Source: Eubacteriales bacterium
GTDB taxonomy: Bacteria > Bacillota > Clostridia > Oscillospirales > CAG-272
DNA: 34,851 nt
Assembly (NCBI GenBank): GCA_045616925.1
Contig: JAZLHQ010000199.1
Span: 1-34,851, forward strand
Reading direction: 5' to 3'
Below, piece after piece: positions 17,781-25,941 of this stretch. Position numbers and translations under genes: made by a program. How positions within the stretch are numbered: position 1 is the stretch's first letter; each line of letters starts with the position of its first letter. The notes under the pieces are model-generated. The model ran no database searches. It was not told the DNA's origin and saw only the letters and a program-made list of their open reading frames with translations.

Positions 17781-20105
17781 ATGAATTTCAAGAAGATTTT
17801 GTGTCTGATCCTCGTTCTGGCGGCGGTTTTGACGCTTGCGTTCACCGCCGTTTCCTGCAAGGATAAGGGCGAAAATGAAGAAAAAGAAGAAAAAAAGACC
17901 GAGAAAAAGGACGATCCGAAGAAGCCCGAAAAGGGCCCGTTCGACGGGGAATACGATTTCCTTTTCGACGATCAAACGGTCGTTTTGACGCTTGCGGGCA
18001 AGAATTTCTCGTTCGCGTGCATCGACGATTATAAGTACCGCGCGGACGAACTGCCGGCGGAATTTTCCGACGGGGAGCAGTACTGGCTTTCGGAGCTTAT
18101 GATCTACAAAGGGGAATTCACCGCCGATGAAGAGACGAAGACCCTGACGGCAAAGATCCCCGATCTGATCCTTGCCTTCCGCACGGGAAGCACCGACGGC
18201 GAAAAAACGCACGTGTTCTCCGAATACCTCGTCAAATCCATGAGGGAAGACGCGGCGAAGTACGAGGACAAAACGATCCGCGAGCAAATACTTGCCGAAG
18301 CGGAGTCTATCGAAAAGGGCACCGACGTTCCCGCCGAAAAGGTCGGCAGGTCGCATCCCGCGCTCACGCTCACGATCAGAGTCGATACAAACGCGCATAA
18401 GGCGTATCTCGTCAAAGAGATCGCCGTGTATCCCGACGGCGAGACCGAAACGACCGGTTTCGACGAAAACGGGAAGCCGACCGAATCGGTCTCGGTCTAC
18501 GAGGACGAGGTCGAAGGCAAGGTCGTCGAGCGCTGCGTTTACGAATACGACGAAAAGGGAGATCTCGTCAAGAAAACCTATACCGACGAGAATGAAAAGC
18601 CGCTTGCCGTCTACCTCTATGAAAACGGCAGAGAAACGCAGGTTTCGCGCTACCGGGACGGCGTTCTTTACAACGACGTCCGGTTCGACGAGAACGGCGA
18701 AACGCTCGAGGAAACCGATTATTACGAAAACGGCAAGATCAAGACCCGTATGCTCTATAAGGACGGCAAAGCCGTCGAAAAGACTTTCTATGCCGAAGAC
18801 GGCACCGTTGAGCGCACGGTGACTTTCGGCGAGGAAAATGAAGAGTCCGAGATCATTTACAAGAACGGTCTGCCCGTTTTGAAGTCCGTCACCGTGAACG
18901 GCAAGCTCATGCTCGAGATCGAATTCGACGAAAAGGGCAACGAATACTACGAAACGAGATACGATTACTACCCAAGCGGCATGAAGAAGAACGTATCGTC
19001 GTATTTCAAAGGCATTCTGAGCGAAGTATCCGATTTCAGCGAGGACGGTCTCAACGAAAAGCAGGTCCGCTACAAGGAAGACGGCTCGGTCTTCCAGACG
19101 ATTTACAGCGTTATGAACTCCGCCGGCAATATCGTGGATCAGAAGTGGTACAATAATAAGGGCGTCAAGATCACCGATATCACCGCAAACGAGAACGGCA
19201 ACGTGCTCCTTGAGATCAATTACGACGACGACGGCACCGAATTCAGACGCGACGAATACGAATACGACGAGAACGGATTCTGCGTCCACGAGGTCTGCAA
19301 GTATCTCGGCAAAGTAATGTCCGAAATGATCTACCGGCCGAAAGACCGTATGCGCACGACCGTTTACTATAACGATCTCGGCGTGCTCGGCAGCAGCACG
19401 GTCGAATATTTCGACGAAAACGGCAAAAAGATCCGCACCGAGAACTGCAAAAGCGACGGCACCGTCTACCGCGAGGAGATCTTCAACGAAATCGAAGAGC
19501 CCGTGACCGTCAATTATTACGAAAACGGCAAGCTCGACTTCGTTTACAGTTATACCTACAACGACCGCAGAATTCGCATAAGGGTCGTCTGCACGAACGC
19601 CGACGGGACCCTGTATTCGGAAAACATCTTCTCCGATAACGGCCGCTCCCTCTCCGAAACGGTTTACGACGAAAAGGGCAATATCACCGAGCAGTATATC
19701 TACGATTATTATCCGAACGGCAATATCAAGTCCTCGCTGCAGTACGGCGCGGGCGGCGTTCTGCGCGCGGAGGTGTACTTCAACGAGGACGGTCACGAAC
19801 TGTACGAGAATCTGTACGACGTAAACGGCAATCTCACCGAGTACGCGAAGTTCGAATACTACGAAAGCGGCGCTTTCAAGCATTATGAGGACGTTTTCGT
19901 CGACGGCGGGCTCTACCGCGAGCGCGACGCGACGGAGGACGGACTCTATTCCATCGACAAATATTACGACGAAGGCGTTCTCTCGATGACCGACGAGATC
20001 GAGTACTATCTGAACGGATTCATCAAATCCTTCGTCGAAAAGAACGGCAGCGGAAAGATCTTCTACGCCGAATACTACGACGAGGAAGGAAACCTGATCG
20101 GCTGA
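17781..20105 (+). CDS. Repeat lipoprotein paralog A (MORN-variant/YD-like beta-hairpin repeats)
   Basis: 774 aa. The signal peptide has lipobox AVSC and is followed by a K/E-rich linker. The N-domain begins FDGEYDF..VVLTLAGK, and the rest is made of Yx(E/D)NG-type units (YYENGKIKTRMLYKDGKAVEKTF...). The start lies 24 nt after the GH16 stop with AAGGGGA upstream and no intervening terminator. Confidence 0.85.
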   Translation: MNFKKILCLILVLAAVLTLAFTAVSCKDKGENEEKEEKKTEKKDDPKKPEKGPFDGEYDFLFDDQTVVLTLAGKNFSFACIDDYKYRADELPAEFSDGEQYWLSELMIYKGEFTADEETKTLTAKIPDLILAFRTGSTDGEKTHVFSEYLVKSMREDAAKYEDKTIREQILAEAESIEKGTDVPAEKVGRSHPALTLTIRVDTNAHKAYLVKEIAVYPDGETETTGFDENGKPTESVSVYEDEVEGKVVERCVYEYDEKGDLVKKTYTDENEKPLAVYLYENGRETQVSRYRDGVLYNDVRFDENGETLEETDYYENGKIKTRMLYKDGKAVEKTFYAEDGTVERTVTFGEENEESEIIYKNGLPVLKSVTVNGKLMLEIEFDEKGNEYYETRYDYYPSGMKKNVSSYFKGILSEVSDFSEDGLNEKQVRYKEDGSVFQTIYSVMNSAGNIVDQKWYNNKGVKITDITANENGNVLLEINYDDDGTEFRRDEYEYDENGFCVHEVCKYLGKVMSEMIYRPKDRMRTTVYYNDLGVLGSSTVEYFDENGKKIRTENCKSDGTVYREEIFNEIEEPVTVNYYENGKLDFVYSYTYNDRRIRIRVVCTNADGTLYSENIFSDNGRSLSETVYDEKGNITEQYIYDYYPNGNIKSSLQYGAGGVLRAEVYFNEDGHELYENLYDVNGNLTEYAKFEYYESGAFKHYEDVFVDGGLYRERDATEDGLYSIDKYYDEGVLSMTDEIEYYLNGFIKSFVEKNGSGKIFYAEYYDEEGNLIG

Positions 20106-20114
20106 CAGCCTCCG

Positions 20115-20156
20115 AAACCTCCCGCGCGGGCAAGACCGCCACGGGAGGTTTTTTTG
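20115..20156 (+). terminator. Rho-independent terminator after paralog A
   Basis: aaacctcccg...cgggaggttt stem followed by a T run (gggaggttttttt). Confidence 0.8.
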
Positions 20157-20164
20157 TATTTTGC

Positions 20165-20193
20165 TTGACAAACCGCAAAATTTATAGTAAAAT
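20165..20193 (+). promoter_or_regulatory. Candidate sigma-A promoter of paralog B
   Basis: TTGACA at 20165-20170, the 17-nt spacer aaccgcaaaatttatag, then TAAAAT at 20188-20193. The -35 and downstream 10 nt (TTGACAAACCGCAAAA) are identical to the paralog C promoter. Confidence 0.6.
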
Positions 20194-20221
20194 GTAAAAA
20201 ATACGAAAAAGAGGTATGATC

Positions 20222-22621
20222 ATGAAACGATTTGCCAAGATCCTCAGCCTGATCCTCACGATCCTGACGGTACTCGCGGCGTTCGCCTCCTGCGCGCGGG
20301 ACGGAGAAGAAGAGGACGACGAAAAGAACGGGAAGAAGGGTTCCTCCGGCTACGACGGCACGTACGACATCGTGTCCGGCGGCGAAGAAGCCGAACTCAC
20401 GATCGACGGCAAGAAGATCACGCTTTCCGCGGCGGAAGAAGAAGCGGACACAGAGGAGCTCATCGAGGAGCTGGGCCTTGACGAGAACGCGGACGTGACG
20501 ATGTCCGAAGTGGTGAGCTACGTCGGCACATGGGAAAAGGACGGCGACGGTACGATCAAGGCGGACTTCACGGAGATGAAGACCGGCGTCACCTTCAAGG
20601 GCAAGGACGCCGATAAGGCGAAGAAAGCGTACATTGGGTATCTCGAGGAAAATCTCGAGTATTTCGGCGACGACCCCGAAGCGAAGAAGGGCATCACCGC
20701 GATGATCGACTCCGTCAAGACCGGCAAGCCTATGAACTATGAGGATATGTACGGCGAAAAGGGACCCGAGATCATCGCCGTCATCGGCCTCGACACGAAG
20801 AACAAGACCGCGAAGATGATCTCCTCGAAGCAGATCGTGCTCGACGAGGACGGCAAGGTCGACTCCTATACGGAAACGAAGTATAACGACGACGGCAATC
20901 CCGTTGAGGAAAGGCATTTCGACGCCGACGGCAGGCTGACCGGCTCGGACACGACCGAATATTACGGGAACGGCAACGAAAAGAAATACACCACCTATGA
21001 CGCAAACGGCGCGATCGAGGCGATCCGGGAATACCACGAAAACGGCAGAGAGAAGGAGCACTCGATCTATATCGACGGCAGGCTCAAATTCGTCGAAACG
21101 TTCGACGAGGAGGGCAACTGCGTCAAGACGCAGTACTACGACGAAAACGGGCAGCCCTACGATCCGTTCGGCCCCGTCGTGCCCGTCGAACCGACGCGGG
21201 ACCCCGACTGCACCTACGACGAGAACGGAAACGTCGTCGAGCGCAGATATTACGACGAAAACGGCAATCTTTCCGTAAAGACCGTTTACGAATACTACGA
21301 AAGCGGCGCGCTCAAACGCGAGACCTCGTACGACGCCGTCGGCAATATGCTCGAGGATCACGAATATTTCGAGAACGGCGGCGATAAAAAGGAGAGCTAT
21401 TACGAGGAAGGCACGCTCATTCAGCGCAGCGAATGGGACGAAAACGGGAATCTTATCGAGGAATATTCCGTTGAATGGGGCGGGCGGATCACCCGCAGGA
21501 CCTTCGTCTTCGACGAAAAGGGCAGGGAGATCGAGTCCTGCCGTTACGCGCAGGACGGCGTGACCGTGAATACGAAGACCGTGACCGAATACTACGAAAA
21601 CGGAAACAAGAAGCACGTCGTCGATTATAGCGACGGCGACGTCGTATTCATCGACACCGAATTCTACGAAAACGGCTTCGAAAAGATCATCAAATGCTAC
21701 TTTAACGACGGAACGCTCTCGCAGGTCATGACGTTCAACGAGGACGGCACGAGAGGCCCCGATACGACATTCGACGAGAACGGCAAGATTAAGAGCGAGA
21801 CCGAATATTATCCCGACATCTCCACGAAGATCGAAAAGACCTACGTGGACGGCAAACTCAGCCACGTTTCCGAATACTATGAAAACAGAATGGAAAAGGC
21901 GAGGATCGACTACTATCCGAGCGGCACCGTTTCCTACCTTCTGCATATCGACGAAAAAGGAAGGGCCATTGAGGAAGCCTACTACGACGAAAAAGGGAAA
22001 GCCACCCGCCATTATCTCCATACCTACGACGAGAACGACAGACTGATCGAGGAAAGCACAGGAAACGACGACGACGGGATGGAAAGAACGGTGTACGAGT
22101 ACGACGAAAACGGCGTTCTGACCGCGGACGTTACTTACGACGCCAAAGGGAAAGTGAAGGCGAAGACCTCCTACTACGCAAACGGGAACCGCCGTATCCG
22201 GGAATATTACGAGGACGGCGTGCTCTATAACAAAATAACGTATGCCGAAAACGGCACACGGATCGAAGACGTGTACGTCCGGTCAGACGGAACTCTCTAC
22301 AGCAAGAGCGTTTACGACGAAAACGACAACGTCGTCGAGATGTTCTATTACGACGAGAAGGAAAACGTCGATCAGCACTACGTCTATACCGACGATGAAA
22401 ATGGATTCAGAATTCTTGAAAGGTACTACGACGCCGCCGGCAATCTGACGGGTTACAGGGAATTTTCCTACGAGAACGGGGAAATGGTCGAAGCCAGGGA
22501 CTATATCAACGAAAACTATATGTGGTGCAAAACGGTTTTCGACGCGAACGGAAACATTACCGAATATTATTACGACAAGAACGGCAATCCGACGGATCCG
22601 TATTATCCGTTCCATGATTGA
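20222..22621 (+). CDS. Repeat lipoprotein paralog B
   Basis: Start set at the second ATG (MKRFAKILSLILTILTVLAAFASC), 7 nt after GAGG. 799 aa. The N-domain is clearly homologous to paralog C, and it is followed by long YxENG repeats. Confidence 0.88.
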   Translation: MKRFAKILSLILTILTVLAAFASCARDGEEEDDEKNGKKGSSGYDGTYDIVSGGEEAELTIDGKKITLSAAEEEADTEELIEELGLDENADVTMSEVVSYVGTWEKDGDGTIKADFTEMKTGVTFKGKDADKAKKAYIGYLEENLEYFGDDPEAKKGITAMIDSVKTGKPMNYEDMYGEKGPEIIAVIGLDTKNKTAKMISSKQIVLDEDGKVDSYTETKYNDDGNPVEERHFDADGRLTGSDTTEYYGNGNEKKYTTYDANGAIEAIREYHENGREKEHSIYIDGRLKFVETFDEEGNCVKTQYYDENGQPYDPFGPVVPVEPTRDPDCTYDENGNVVERRYYDENGNLSVKTVYEYYESGALKRETSYDAVGNMLEDHEYFENGGDKKESYYEEGTLIQRSEWDENGNLIEEYSVEWGGRITRRTFVFDEKGREIESCRYAQDGVTVNTKTVTEYYENGNKKHVVDYSDGDVVFIDTEFYENGFEKIIKCYFNDGTLSQVMTFNEDGTRGPDTTFDENGKIKSETEYYPDISTKIEKTYVDGKLSHVSEYYENRMEKARIDYYPSGTVSYLLHIDEKGRAIEEAYYDEKGKATRHYLHTYDENDRLIEESTGNDDDGMERTVYEYDENGVLTADVTYDAKGKVKAKTSYYANGNRRIREYYEDGVLYNKITYAENGTRIEDVYVRSDGTLYSKSVYDENDNVVEMFYYDEKENVDQHYVYTDDENGFRILERYYDAAGNLTGYREFSYENGEMVEARDYINENYMWCKTVFDANGNITEYYYDKNGNPTDPYYPFHD

Positions 22622-22638
22622 CTTTTTGGGGAAATTAC

Positions 22639-22667
22639 TTGACAAACCGCAAAAAATGTGGTATTAT
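22639..22667 (+). promoter_or_regulatory. Candidate sigma-A promoter of paralog C
   Basis: TTGACA at 22639-22644, a 17-nt spacer, then extended -10 TGgTATTAT (22662-22667). It lies only 17 nt after the paralog B stop, with no terminator between them. Confidence 0.6.
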
Positions 22668-22695
22668 GCAGAAAATACCGAAAAGGAGCAACACT

Positions 22696-23532
22696 ATGAA
22701 AAATTTTGCAAGAATCCTCAGCATCATTCTGGCGATCCTGACGGCACTGTCCTGTCTGGCTCTCGTTTCCTGTAACGAAAAGGACGAAGACGACGAGGAC
22801 GACAAAAAGAGCGGCTCTTCTTACGACGGCGTCTACGACATCAATACGGGCAGCGAAGCTTCCGAAAAGCTCGAGATCAAGGGCAACAAGGTCACTCTCA
22901 GCGGCGGAGACGTAATCGACTCCGAAGAAATGATCAGCGAGCTCGGTCTCGAAGAAGGAACCGACGCGCAGATGATCGAAAAAATGGTTTATACCGGCAC
23001 GTGTAAAGAGGACGGCGACGGTGTGATCATCGCAGAGTTCACGGAACTCAAGATCGGCCACGTCTTCGAAGGCAAGGACGCCGAGAAGGCAAAAAAGGCG
23101 TACGTTGAGTACCTTGAAGGTGTGCTCGCGTTTGCCGAAGACGATCCCGAGACCGCTTCCATGGTCAACGCTATGCTGAAGTCGATCAAGGAAGACAAAT
23201 TCCTCGATTACAAGGACGTGTTTGACGAGATCCCGCCCGAGATCACCGCGACCATCAAGCTCGATACCAAGAAAAAGACCGCGATTCTGACCTCCACGGT
23301 GGACGTCTTCAAGGACGAAAACGGCAAGATCGTCTCCAAAACGGAAAGTAAGTACGACGAAAACGGAAACGAGATCGAATCCAAGGAGTACGACGAAAAC
23401 GGCGAGCTGACCGAGGTCACGAAGATGGAGTACTACCCGAACGGCGAGCTCAAGAAGCGCACGCATTACGATGCCGAGGGCAACGTCACGAGCTCCTGGG
23501 AATACGATGAAAACGGCGACGTTATTTGGTAA
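22696..23532 (+). CDS. Repeat lipoprotein paralog C (short form: N-domain plus only a few repeats)
   Basis: Start trimmed to MKNFARILSIILAILTALSCLALVSC with AAAGGAG upstream. 278 aa. It ends after about six to eight YDENG-type hairpins (...WEYDENGDVIW). Confidence 0.85.
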   Translation: MKNFARILSIILAILTALSCLALVSCNEKDEDDEDDKKSGSSYDGVYDINTGSEASEKLEIKGNKVTLSGGDVIDSEEMISELGLEEGTDAQMIEKMVYTGTCKEDGDGVIIAEFTELKIGHVFEGKDAEKAKKAYVEYLEGVLAFAEDDPETASMVNAMLKSIKEDKFLDYKDVFDEIPPEITATIKLDTKKKTAILTSTVDVFKDENGKIVSKTESKYDENGNEIESKEYDENGELTEVTKMEYYPNGELKKRTHYDAEGNVTSSWEYDENGDVIW

Positions 23533-23562
23533 GATCACTCGAAAACGCGATCGTTTTCATTT

Positions 23563-23598
23563 GAAGCGGAAGGTCAACGACCTTCCGCTTCTTTTTTT
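23563..23598 (+). terminator. Rho-independent terminator after paralog C
   Basis: gaagcggaaggtc-aac-gaccttccgcttc (13-bp perfect stem) followed by TTTTTTT. Confidence 0.88.
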
Positions 23599-23600
23599 GC

Positions 23601-23629
23601 TTGACAATTCGGAAAATGTGTGATAAAAT
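23601..23629 (+). promoter_or_regulatory. Candidate sigma-A promoter of paralogs D and E
   Basis: TTGACA at 23601-23606, a 17-nt spacer, then extended -10 TGaTAAAAT (23624-23629). Confidence 0.6.
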
Positions 23630-23658
23630 AAGAAAAAAGCGCGTGGAGGCATCGGTTT

Positions 23659-25917
23659 ATGAAACGTATTGCAAGAATTTTGTGCATGATCCTTGCGGCT
23701 TTGATGATTTTCTCATCGTTGATCGCGTTTTCGGCGTGCAAAGATAAAAACGACGGCGAAAAGGGCGAAAAGTCAAAGGAAACCACCGAAGAAAAGGGAG
23801 GGGAACCCAATCCCGAGCCGCTCAAAAAGTCGTACGAAACGAAATATTACGGTGGGGACGCCGAGATCCTGCTCGAAAACGGCGTCGCCGAGCTGACGTC
23901 CGGGGAGTTCGGACCTCCCGATATGGCAGCGCTTCTCGAACTTGACGGAAACGACGGCAAGAACGTCGGACGCGTCTATTCGATCACGGGTACTTACAAG
24001 GAGGCGGACGGAAAGGTAATCGCCTCCATGACACAGAAAAAAGTGAAGTTCGTCTTCACGGGCGAGAACGGGCAGAAGTACAAGGATGCCTACCTCGAAT
24101 GGCAGCACAAGTTCGCCGATGCGTGGGATGACGAGTCCGACGCGCTCACGGGACCGAACGCGGTGATCGACGCGATCGAAAACGACAAGTTCGTCGAAGT
24201 CGAAAAGATCGGCATGGACCCGCTGTGCCCGACGACGCTCGAGCTGAAGCTCGACAAAGACGCGATGACGGCGCAAATGCTGGCTATCAAAGAAGAGACT
24301 GCGTACCCGGGCGGCAAGAGCATCACGCTGCTCAATGAAAACGGCGATATGATCGGATTCGAAGATTACGACGCAAGCGGTGCTTTGCTGCTTGTGGAAG
24401 TGTACGACGAAAACGGCAGCTTAAGAAGCGCCGAGAACTACGAAAACGGCATCATCGTCGAAAAATTCGAATACGACGAAAACGGCGATCTTGTCTATAA
24501 AACGCATTACGAGGAGGGCAAGGTCGAATTCGTTGATACTTACGAAAAAAACGCTCTCCTTTACAGAGAATATCCGAGCGAAAACGGGAAAGTCGCGCGC
24601 CGGAAGTATTTTGACGAAAACGGCAGGATCGTCAGAGAGAGCGAGTTCTCCGAGAGCGGCAAACTCGTCAAAATGAGTACCCGTGACGCAAACGGGGTGA
24701 TCGTCGCCGTCAACGAATACGACGAAAACGAAAATCTCGTCCGCACGACCCGCTACGAGGAGGACGCTACGTTCGTTGATACGTTCGACGGGAACGGAAA
24801 ACTCACCGAAGAAACCGTTTACGACACGAACGGCAAAGTCATTTCGTCCGAAAAATACGTTTACGACGACAAGGGAAATCTGATCGAAGTCGGAAAGTAC
24901 GACGAAAACGGCGAACTTCTTGAGAAGGAAAAGTTCACCCTCGACGAAAACGGAAACAAGATCGCAAGTATTACGACCGATGCGAAGGGCACCGTCCTTT
25001 ACGAGAGCGAATTTTACGCAAGCGGCAGACAGAAGACTCTCAAAACCTACGAAGACGGCAAACTTCTGACCTTTGAGACCTACAACGAGGACGGAAACCT
25101 CGTCGAAAAGATCGACTACTACGAAGACAGTCAGAACAGATACGTTTACGAATACAACGCCGCCGGCGTGCGCACGGGCGGCAAGATGTACGACGAAAAC
25201 GGAAACGTTCTCGGCGAATTCACCTACGACGAAAACGGAAACGATCTTTCCGAGCGCTACTACGACGAAAAGGGCAATCTGACCTCCGAGGGGTACTACG
25301 ATCCCGACGGAACGTACCATTGGAAGACCTATTGGGGCGGCAAAATCAGCTATCAGGAGATCCGGAGTGCCAACGAAGTCACTTCGATGTACTACGACGA
25401 ATTCCTCAACTATTACGGCAAAGCGGTCATTCGTTATAACGTAAACAACGAGATCCTCGAAGAGCTCGAATACGACAAGTTCGACAATCTGGTCAGCGAC
25501 CGCGTCAACGTCTACGACGAAATGGGACGTCTCGTCAGTTACACCACGCTCGACGGCAGCGGAAAGAAGATCGAGACGGGCGAATTCGAATATTACGTCA
25601 CGACGGGCGAAATGCGCGTCTGGCGCGTGCGCTATGGGGACGGAGCACTGAAAATCGAGCGCGATTACTACGAAAACGGCGAGATAAGCGCGTATTATTC
25701 CTATTATCCGAGCGGGAAGCTTGAGAATCAGTCCCGCTACGACGAAGAGGGCAACTGCGTTTACGACGCTTCGTACAGCGAACTCGGATTTGCGACGTAC
25801 GAGCGTGTCGTCGGCGAGAAGGACGTGACGGTCACTGCGGCGCACGACGACGGAAAGATCTACCGCATCGAGAAATGGACGCTCGACGGCGAACTGATCT
25901 CCATGGAAGTGTTCTGA
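23659..25917 (+). CDS. Repeat lipoprotein paralog D
   Basis: 752 aa. It has lipobox FSAC, a K/E-rich linker, an N-domain (VYSITGTYKEADGKVIA..FVFTGENGQKYKDAYLEW) and about 40 YxENG-type hairpins by eye. GGAGG lies upstream. Confidence 0.88.
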   Translation: MKRIARILCMILAALMIFSSLIAFSACKDKNDGEKGEKSKETTEEKGGEPNPEPLKKSYETKYYGGDAEILLENGVAELTSGEFGPPDMAALLELDGNDGKNVGRVYSITGTYKEADGKVIASMTQKKVKFVFTGENGQKYKDAYLEWQHKFADAWDDESDALTGPNAVIDAIENDKFVEVEKIGMDPLCPTTLELKLDKDAMTAQMLAIKEETAYPGGKSITLLNENGDMIGFEDYDASGALLLVEVYDENGSLRSAENYENGIIVEKFEYDENGDLVYKTHYEEGKVEFVDTYEKNALLYREYPSENGKVARRKYFDENGRIVRESEFSESGKLVKMSTRDANGVIVAVNEYDENENLVRTTRYEEDATFVDTFDGNGKLTEETVYDTNGKVISSEKYVYDDKGNLIEVGKYDENGELLEKEKFTLDENGNKIASITTDAKGTVLYESEFYASGRQKTLKTYEDGKLLTFETYNEDGNLVEKIDYYEDSQNRYVYEYNAAGVRTGGKMYDENGNVLGEFTYDENGNDLSERYYDEKGNLTSEGYYDPDGTYHWKTYWGGKISYQEIRSANEVTSMYYDEFLNYYGKAVIRYNVNNEILEELEYDKFDNLVSDRVNVYDEMGRLVSYTTLDGSGKKIETGEFEYYVTTGEMRVWRVRYGDGALKIERDYYENGEISAYYSYYPSGKLENQSRYDEEGNCVYDASYSELGFATYERVVGEKDVTVTAAHDDGKIYRIEKWTLDGELISMEVF

Positions 25918-25941
25918 GAAGAATAAGAGGAGCATAACGGA

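Noticed and set aside
17881-17910. The A-rich tract (gaagaaaaagaagaaaaaaagaccgagaaaaagg) in the linker of paralog A as a slipped-strand phase-variation switch.
   Set aside because: The longest homopolymer is only about 7 A and is interrupted. It encodes the expected K/E-rich linker, and the other paralogs lack an equivalent tract.
17766-20171. Very long stop-free ORFs lie exactly antisense to real genes. Examples are the 801-aa ORF opposite lipoprotein A, 20075-22021, 22603-23538 and 24421-25935 opposite B-D, 1315-2727 opposite the SPFH gene, 2806-4080 opposite ald, 11167-13374 opposite GH95 and 14294-15610 opposite GH51/rlmD.
   Set aside because: They occur opposite almost every confident gene in the codon-aligned antisense frame. 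This is expected when TTA, CTA and TCA codons are nearly absent from the sense strand. Their translations are low-complexity (R/V/F/D-rich), lack RBS-start contexts and have no recognisable domains. They are a codon-bias artefact rather than overlapping genes.
20106-23658. Invertible-promoter (shufflon or fim-like) phase variation of the lipoprotein genes.
   Set aside because: I found no inverted repeats bracketing the three promoters and no site-specific recombinase gene in the window. The promoters are in the ON orientation for all three genes.
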